Source of the DNA: a virus
Lineage: Duplodnaviria; Heunggongvirae; Uroviricota; Caudoviricetes
Virus record (IMG/VR): IMGVR_UViG_3300014043_000277
DNA length: 64,000 nucleotides
Strand: one strand, 5' to 3'
Of the stretch, positions 58,272 to 64,000 are shown piece by piece; the stretch's first letter is position 1; each line of letters starts with the position of its first letter. The notes beneath the pieces were generated by a model. It was not told the DNA's origin, searched no databases, and saw only the letters and a program-made list of their open reading frames with translations. A program made the translations under genes and the position numbers.

Positions 58272-59150
58272 TCACATTCCGATTCCTGCAAGAACGGCAA
58301 GAAGAATAGTCATTGAATTATACACGGCATGAGTCGCCATTCCTGGGACAACGGTTTTGAATTTATATAATGACATCCATGATAGAAAAGCGCCGAGTGA
58401 ACCTGTCAGCAGCATGGTTGCAATGGAAACTATAGTATCACCGGGCTGCATATGCATGACGCCGAATAATGCTCCGGATAAAATAATTATAATCCACATG
58501 CGAACCTTATCGCTTTTCTTACGGAACATGATTGAATCACGGAATGACATTCCAATGAAACCACGGAACAGCAATTCCTCCATTATCGGACCGATTAAAC
58601 AAGCCATGAGTCCAACAAGGACTCCCTGAATGACATATGAACCCGTTCCGGCATTCTTTATTGAATCGACAATCATTGTTGTTGTAGTATCGGATTGATC
58701 CCTTCCATCCAATACGGGTGATAATGCGAGCTGAATGAGTCCCATGACAATGAACGCACCGATTCCAATGGCTGCACCGATTCCAATGGCTTTCAACCAT
58801 GCACCATGAACGGTTCTGGTATGCATTTTATCCTGCAAATCCTTAATGCCATAACCATGGACGAATTTGTGTTGGCGGCGAGCGAACGGGAACAACCATA
58901 TGAGTGGATATGCGAACATGCCTACAATAGTGGATACAAGCATCAGATTAGTCATGTCCGCGATGGCTGGTTCGCCATTATCAAAAGTTATGAGCGCCGG
59001 GCCTCCCAGCGCTTGCACTATCGCCCATCCTATCACCATAAGGAATGATGCTATGATGTTCACAATGAAAAACATGGGAACACCAGCCCATCCGTATAAT
59101 GTCAGTTTTTTACGTATGGTGTAATCATCATAATCATAATTCTTGCTCAT
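58272..59150 (-). CDS. CPBP family (CAAX/Abi) intramembrane metalloprotease, second copy
   Basis: Carries EELLFRG, FGVMH and HAVYN. Confidence 0.6.
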   Translation of the reverse strand: MSKNYDYDDYTIRKKLTLYGWAGVPMFFIVNIIASFLMVIGWAIVQALGGPALITFDNGEPAIADMTNLMLVSTIVGMFAYPLIWLFPFARRQHKFVHGYGIKDLQDKMHTRTVHGAWLKAIGIGAAIGIGAFIVMGLIQLALSPVLDGRDQSDTTTTMIVDSIKNAGTGSYVIQGVLVGLMACLIGPIMEELLFRGFIGMSFRDSIMFRKKSDKVRMWIIIILSGALFGVMHMQPGDTIVSIATMLLTGSLGAFLSWMSLYKFKTVVPGMATHAVYNSMTILLAVLAGIGM

Positions 59151-59212
59151 ATGAACGGAATCCGCCTTTCAGAATAACATGTCTGAAAGGTAATATCATT
59201 TATTCTCATAGT

Positions 59213-60940
59213 TTAAGCATTGAAGAATCGTTTCGCAATGCTTAATTTGAATTTCGCTTTATTGCGTGCAATGCTATCATGAATGATTTCACGAATGGTA
59301 ACACTACCGGCATCAGCCTCATAAGTATGCCATTCGGTTGTTGCAAGAATATGATCCGTCAGACTGGGACGAACCCATCGCGGCGCGTCAACGGAAATAT
59401 GTATGTTGTCCCGCATCCAATTATTATATAAATCGGCCTGATTCACTTTATCACCATCAACCTCATATCTGTTCTTCCATGGAATTCCGAGTTCATAGAA
59501 AGTATCATTAGCGAATTGCGGTAAACGCGGATTATCATAATTCTTACGTTTACGGATAGTCATAACGGGTTTATTCCCGGTTGTCGGTTTATAAGTAACA
59601 TGTTGACTGCGTTCATTGACATCAGTGTTCACAGGAACACGCACAGTGCCAGAGGCTTTTTGTTTCGGCGTATGTTGGACAAGAACAGTTCCGTCATCAC
59701 TCACAGGAACAATTGTTCGTCCCGATAATCCATGTTTTTCATTATATGAATGATTTAATAGTTCTTCGCGTGTTGCCGGTCTTCCTGGAACCATATACGG
59801 TATTGTATCATTTCCGTTAACATAACCTTTCGCTTTATTTTCACGATTCTGAGATTTTTCCAATTCGTTGTCATCAATGTTATCATAGCGGTCATTATCA
59901 ATGACTGTCTGAGACATGGTTTTCGGACGAGACGGCAATGGCGTTGAATGGCGTTTCGGTAAAGCAGGTGATGCTATCGGACGCGCCGGAATGGCAGGTG
60001 ATGCTGATGGCATTGGCGGCGGTGTAACCATTTTACGTTCCTCCGCTTTCTGCAGCATGTATTCAGCGGCATCCTTGCCGAATACTTTCACATACGCGCC
60101 ATAATGTTTAATACCGACATTCTTAGCTCGGCTGTTAATCCATTCATTACGCACCGCCGCCTCACTATTCGGATTGCGCGGCGGAATTGATGGCGGCATG
60201 GGAACATTGCGAACAGGTTTAATAACCGGTATTTCACTGGTTGGAGTCAAATCCGCTTTTGTAATATGTTCAATTGTTTTCGTTACCTGAGCATTTTTTA
60301 TTGTTTGTTCACGTTTGCTTAATTTAGTCGGTGGTGCCGGTGGCTGTAATGGTGGCGCGGGCGGATTAAGAAGTTCATTGAATGCATGTTGACGCGAATC
60401 ATCATTCACTTTTTTAATGAGTTCAGGACCGGCATCCTGCATTATGAGTTCACGTGCATCCAAATAATCCTGTGATGCATCATCTAATGGTTGTTTCATG
60501 ATTGATTTCAGGATTGTCCGTTCCAAATCCTGTTTTTCCGATTCAGTGATGTTCTTATTCTCGCGTCGTGTCCATGCGTCAATGAGATTTTCCGGTGAAC
60601 CATATCCTTTAATACTGTTATCCATGGCAATTACATCACGAATATTGCCATTTTTAATCATATCTTTACGGTATGCGGCTGCATCATCAGGCGCAAGAAT
60701 TGAATCCATGTTGACAGTGTTTAAATCCTTATAATCATTCCAATCATGAGTGTTTGATGTGCGTCCCAGCGACATGCTTCCATTATTGCGATTATAATAT
60801 ATTTCAGCGGCTTCCTCTGCTGTATTCGCTTCTACATGTTCGCTTGCGCTATGTTTCGTGCAATTCGGCACGCAAGGTGCCATTCCGAGTTGCACCCATT
60901 GTTTATTCGAGGTTCCTGTATATGGATGCCATGTAGTCAT
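59213..60940 (-). CDS. Hypothetical Pro-rich protein with an N-terminal Cys/His motif
   Basis: The N-terminus reads W..LGMAPCVPNCTKHSASEHVEANTAEEAAEIY. Pro-rich linkers include PPAPPLQPPAPP. Confidence 0.4.
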   Translation of the reverse strand: MTTWHPYTGTSNKQWVQLGMAPCVPNCTKHSASEHVEANTAEEAAEIYYNRNNGSMSLGRTSNTHDWNDYKDLNTVNMDSILAPDDAAAYRKDMIKNGNIRDVIAMDNSIKGYGSPENLIDAWTRRENKNITESEKQDLERTILKSIMKQPLDDASQDYLDARELIMQDAGPELIKKVNDDSRQHAFNELLNPPAPPLQPPAPPTKLSKREQTIKNAQVTKTIEHITKADLTPTSEIPVIKPVRNVPMPPSIPPRNPNSEAAVRNEWINSRAKNVGIKHYGAYVKVFGKDAAEYMLQKAEERKMVTPPPMPSASPAIPARPIASPALPKRHSTPLPSRPKTMSQTVIDNDRYDNIDDNELEKSQNRENKAKGYVNGNDTIPYMVPGRPATREELLNHSYNEKHGLSGRTIVPVSDDGTVLVQHTPKQKASGTVRVPVNTDVNERSQHVTYKPTTGNKPVMTIRKRKNYDNPRLPQFANDTFYELGIPWKNRYEVDGDKVNQADLYNNWMRDNIHISVDAPRWVRPSLTDHILATTEWHTYEADAGSVTIREIIHDSIARNKAKFKLSIAKRFFNA

Positions 60941-61065
60941 TTTGTTTCCATTTCGCTTCTGATATAATACTAATCATCAATCTATCATGGAAACAAGCAT
61001 TCATATGAAAAAGGAACCGGCTTAAAATAGTCCGATTCCTTTTAAAATGATTTATAATTTAATTT

Positions 61066-61476
61066 TTATTCAGTTTTGAAATTATTACGGATTCCATCCT
61101 GCAGAACAAGCATGAGATATGTTTCCAATGATGCGATATGATGAGCGCACATGGAAACAAGAATGCGTTGCGCCAGTTCCTTATCAATGTCAAGATGAAC
61201 TGGTGTCCCATCAAAATCAAGCCATGTCTCATTTCTGGCATCATCGCTTATGAATTCAATGTGCATATCATCACCATCATCATATGCAAGTGATTTCAAT
61301 GCTTTCAATCCAGCGAATTTATCATCATAACCATTATTCAAATCATAAGCGGCAGCGAGATGATATAAGCCGCTTTTGGATTTCGGTTTACCGTTCTTCC
61401 ATGCTGTTGAACCATAAACTTTATTAAATGCTCTGGCTGCTTTCATGCGTGTCTTTTTTGAAACATGTTTAACCAT
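61066..61476 (-). CDS. Hypothetical basic/acidic small protein
   Basis: 136-aa ORF. Confidence 0.3.
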   Translation of the reverse strand: MVKHVSKKTRMKAARAFNKVYGSTAWKNGKPKSKSGLYHLAAAYDLNNGYDDKFAGLKALKSLAYDDGDDMHIEFISDDARNETWLDFDGTPVHLDIDKELAQRILVSMCAHHIASLETYLMLVLQDGIRNNFKTE

Positions 61477-61536
61477 GATTCCACCTTGCTTTCCAATAGT
61501 TCCATGAGTTGATTATACCATCATGAATGATTAATG

Positions 61537-62238
61537 TCAAATCTGTCCTGTTTGCGCAACGGGAATCAAATCGGCAATTCCATTCACGACAGTGCTGGGA
61601 CGGAACGGGAATTGCTCAATTGTTTCCATTGTACTGATTCCAGTGAGAACAAGGAATGTATGCAACCCCGCTTCAATTCCGGCGACAACATCAGTATCCA
61701 TTCTATCGCCAATCATTGCAGTGGTTTCACTGTGAACATGCAGACGATTCATTGCTGTCCGGAACATTATCGGATTCGGTTTTCCGACATAATATGGTTC
61801 TTTCCCGGTTGCACGTTGAATGAGAGCTGCGACGGAACCAGCCGCTGGCAGTATACCGGTTTCAGATGGGCCTGTCGCATCAGGATTAGTGCAAATGAAC
61901 CGAGCGCCGTTTTCAATTAGTCGTATGGCTTTTGTGATGGCTTCAAATGAATAAGTGCGTGTTTCACCAAGAATGACATAATCCGGATTAACATCCGTGA
62001 GAATATAACCGGATTCATGTAAAGCAGTTGTCAAACCGGCTTCTCCGAGAACATACGCTTTACCGTATGGTATTTGAGACGAAACGAAATCGGCTGTCGC
62101 CAATGCGCTTGTCCAAATGTTCTCCTCTGGCAAATCAATCCCTGAATTATGCAATCTGTATGCAAGATCACGAGGTGTGAAAATCGGATTATTCGTGAGT
62201 ACAAGAAATGGTTTCCCTGATGCTTTCAATGTTTCCAC
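61537..62238 (-). CDS. HAD-superfamily hydrolase, subfamily IIA (NagD-like sugar/nucleotide phosphatase)
   Basis: Carries LVLTNN, GKPNP and GDRMDTD. The ORF may extend upstream of the listed start. Confidence 0.6.
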   Translation of the reverse strand: METLKASGKPFLVLTNNPIFTPRDLAYRLHNSGIDLPEENIWTSALATADFVSSQIPYGKAYVLGEAGLTTALHESGYILTDVNPDYVILGETRTYSFEAITKAIRLIENGARFICTNPDATGPSETGILPAAGSVAALIQRATGKEPYYVGKPNPIMFRTAMNRLHVHSETTAMIGDRMDTDVVAGIEAGLHTFLVLTGISTMETIEQFPFRPSTVVNGIADLIPVAQTGQI

Positions 62239-62350
62239 GAATTCAGCGGCACCGGGAAGCGCGGTGTTCTAATGAACGAGAACACCATCCATGTCTGTGA
62301 GCCATGCGTCAATTGTTTTAATATTCTGTGTATCCATGCTTACAATTATA

Positions 62351-63232
62351 TCATACAATCAGTTCATGAATCTGATTCACGGCATTATCCAGAATGTCCT
62401 TGCCGCGTATTTCATCACGCCATTTCAATGGAATATTATCATAACCATATAGGATTCCAGCGGCTGCACCGGCAATGCTTGCATTAGTGTCAGTATCACC
62501 GCCGAGTGCAGCGATGATACTGATGACATCAGCATATGATTCCTGTGAACCGAGCGCCCATACTGCTGTTTCCAGTGAATTCACAACATAGCCATTTGAT
62601 TTGATTTCATCCGCAGGTTGATTCCAAATTCCCGGTAGACGATCTGAAACAGGTTTCATTCCATTAACAGTCATGTAAGCCTGTGATTCAATGACTGCGG
62701 TCTTAAAACCATTGCCATTCAGCAGATTCCTGATAATGCGAATCCATTGGACGCATGCATTCAAACTGATTTCATTCGCATGTGTTACCGCGCTGATTTC
62801 CATGATGTCCCACACATTGAGATTCAGGAAAGCCATTGGACTGATTCTCATCAGACTGCCATTGCCATTATCACGTTCGTTCCTTCCTCCATAACCTTGC
62901 GTCAATGCTTTCATTGTTGTCATTCCGCAATCAGTGCATTCACCATCAAGAGTGTAATCGCCTTGACGCAGCCATGCGGTGTATTTCGCACGTAAATCCG
63001 CAGGATTGACATTACCATTGTTCTCATGGATACTGTCAATGGTTGCAATTGTCATGGATGTATCATCAGTCCATGTTCCCACTGGTGTTTTACCAATGAG
63101 TCCACCTCCTGTGATGGCGCAGCTTGTCCATGATGGTTTGAATGCATTACGTTGGAATGAATATTCAAATGGCGCGCCATACGCATCACCGATTGCAATT
63201 CCATAAATCATTGATTTAACATTATCAGCCAT
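62351..63232 (-). CDS. ADP-ribosylglycohydrolase family protein (DraG/ARH-like)
   Basis: The N-terminus (IYGIAIGDAYGAPFE), the TDDTSMT motif and the C-terminal GGDTDTNA..AGA are the family motifs. Confidence 0.65.
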   Translation of the reverse strand: MADNVKSMIYGIAIGDAYGAPFEYSFQRNAFKPSWTSCAITGGGLIGKTPVGTWTDDTSMTIATIDSIHENNGNVNPADLRAKYTAWLRQGDYTLDGECTDCGMTTMKALTQGYGGRNERDNGNGSLMRISPMAFLNLNVWDIMEISAVTHANEISLNACVQWIRIIRNLLNGNGFKTAVIESQAYMTVNGMKPVSDRLPGIWNQPADEIKSNGYVVNSLETAVWALGSQESYADVISIIAALGGDTDTNASIAGAAAGILYGYDNIPLKWRDEIRGKDILDNAVNQIHELIV

Positions 63233-63268
63233 ATATTATTATCTCCTTTTTTGAAATATTTATTAACA

Positions 63269-63859
63269 TTATTTAGTTTCTTTTGTTAAATTATCAATTG
63301 GATTCATTATGATTGTTGTTTCGCCTGTGTCTGTAATGTTGTCAGTGCCGGTATTCTTTTTCGCTGTGATTTTCCGTGGTTTGCGCGGCATTATGCGTTT
63401 GATTTCAAATTCGGGTTCAGCGCCTCTGAATAATGGTATTGTTTCAATTATCGGCGCGTTGGTCTCCAATCCGAACCATTCAACTGGATGGCTCATTAGT
63501 TTTTTCAATGATTGGAACATTCTTAATATGAAACGGTCATTATCCGGCATTTCAGATTCAGGACTCATTACACGGTGCATGATAACATATTTAACCGTTC
63601 CGATTCCCGCTTTTTCATTCTTGGATGCAAGTTCCATCCATTGAGGTGTAATTTTCGGAATGTCATGAGTCCGAATCATATCTTTCATTATTCGACGCAT
63701 ATATGCTTGTAATTCGTATTGCGGTTGTTTATAACCGAGCCGTATTTTCACATGATGCAGGATGCCTCCATATGATTTCACGGAATATTCACATGCATAT
63801 GGCGTGTCGGATTGAACAATTGAAACAATCCAATACATTCTTGCACGATGATGAACCAT
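63269..63859 (-). CDS. Hypothetical protein
   Basis: The likely start is MVHHRARM at 63859, preceded by GGGAGGAAG. The listed ORF extends to 63949 but runs into the structured repeat. Confidence 0.35.
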   Translation of the reverse strand: MVHHRARMYWIVSIVQSDTPYACEYSVKSYGGILHHVKIRLGYKQPQYELQAYMRRIMKDMIRTHDIPKITPQWMELASKNEKAGIGTVKYVIMHRVMSPESEMPDNDRFILRMFQSLKKLMSHPVEWFGLETNAPIIETIPLFRGAEPEFEIKRIMPRKPRKITAKKNTGTDNITDTGETTIIMNPIDNLTKETK

Positions 63860-63862
63860 GCT

Positions 63863-64000
63863 TTTGACTTCCTCCCACGCCTGAAGGCGTGGGATTCCTA
63901 CGCCGGTCGCCTTAATGGAGGCTTGCGGTTCGGTGGGTTCCCGCATCATTGGCGTTAACGTTGCGACTGGCTTGCGCCAGCCTCCGCCTTACATCACCTC
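63863..64000 (-). ncRNA. GC-rich structured element, copy B, truncated by the window end; directly abuts the start of 63269..63859
   Basis: About 95% identical to copy A. The hairpin loop is flipped (ttca to tgaa), and the substitutions sit in loops or as pairs that preserve the structure. Its minus-strand 3' end, gggaggaag, supplies the Shine-Dalgarno for the downstream ATG. Confidence 0.4.

Noticed and set aside
6454-64000. The two about 135-bp near-identical elements read as attL and attR of a 57-kb integrated prophage or island
   Set aside because: The copies differ at several positions in a structure-preserving way, including a flipped hairpin loop. Att duplications are normally exact. 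No integrase or recombinase is recognisable near either copy, and the gene content on both sides of copy A is of the same character.
1-64000. An alternative genetic code or stop-codon reassignment to explain the odd amino-acid composition
   Set aside because: Long uninterrupted ORFs are obtained with the standard code, and genes end in ordinary TAA and TGA stops followed by hairpin terminators. Nothing suggests read-through.

Overview
This 64 kb window is densely coding and strongly strand-biased. About 45 of roughly 48 plausible genes lie on the minus strand; plus-strand coding is limited to a disrupted nadV carrying an inserted tnpB, an AT-rich surface-protein gene and one 453-aa hypothetical ORF. 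The coding strand looks C-poor, and proteins are enriched in Met, Asp, Asn, Ile and Tyr. This is a visual impression; nothing was computed.

Recognisable content is as follows:
- Housekeeping-type genes: a RecG-like helicase, folD, a DsbA-like thiol oxidoreductase, an SPFH/band-7 protein, a TelA-like protein, a HAD/NagD-like phosphatase, an ADP-ribosylglycohydrolase and an isochorismatase/nicotinamidase-like hydrolase.
- Mobile or accessory content: an IS200/IS605-type TnpB inserted into, and pseudogenising, a nadV (NAMPT) gene.
- Further mobile or accessory content: two paralogous HNH endonucleases, an AEP/primase-polymerase-like Rep protein next to iteron-like tandem repeats, and a Pif1/RecD-like helicase.
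- A glycosylation island: one GT2 (Ppm1/GtrB-like) enzyme, three paralogous GT-C-like membrane proteins and a membrane-anchored DUF1524-like nuclease.
- Two CPBP (CAAX/Abi) intramembrane proteases, two wall-anchored surface proteins, a Clp-type AAA+ ATPase heading an operon of acidic ORFans, and a partial TadE-like pseudopilin at the window start.
- Many strong hairpin terminators and at least three families of repeated non-coding elements.

The proteins look Gram-positive or actinobacterial, of Bifidobacteriaceae type. I cannot decide between a chromosomal island, a megaplasmid and a large phage, because no virion structural genes are recognisable. No search or computation was run; every call rests on motifs read from the supplied translations and the DNA.
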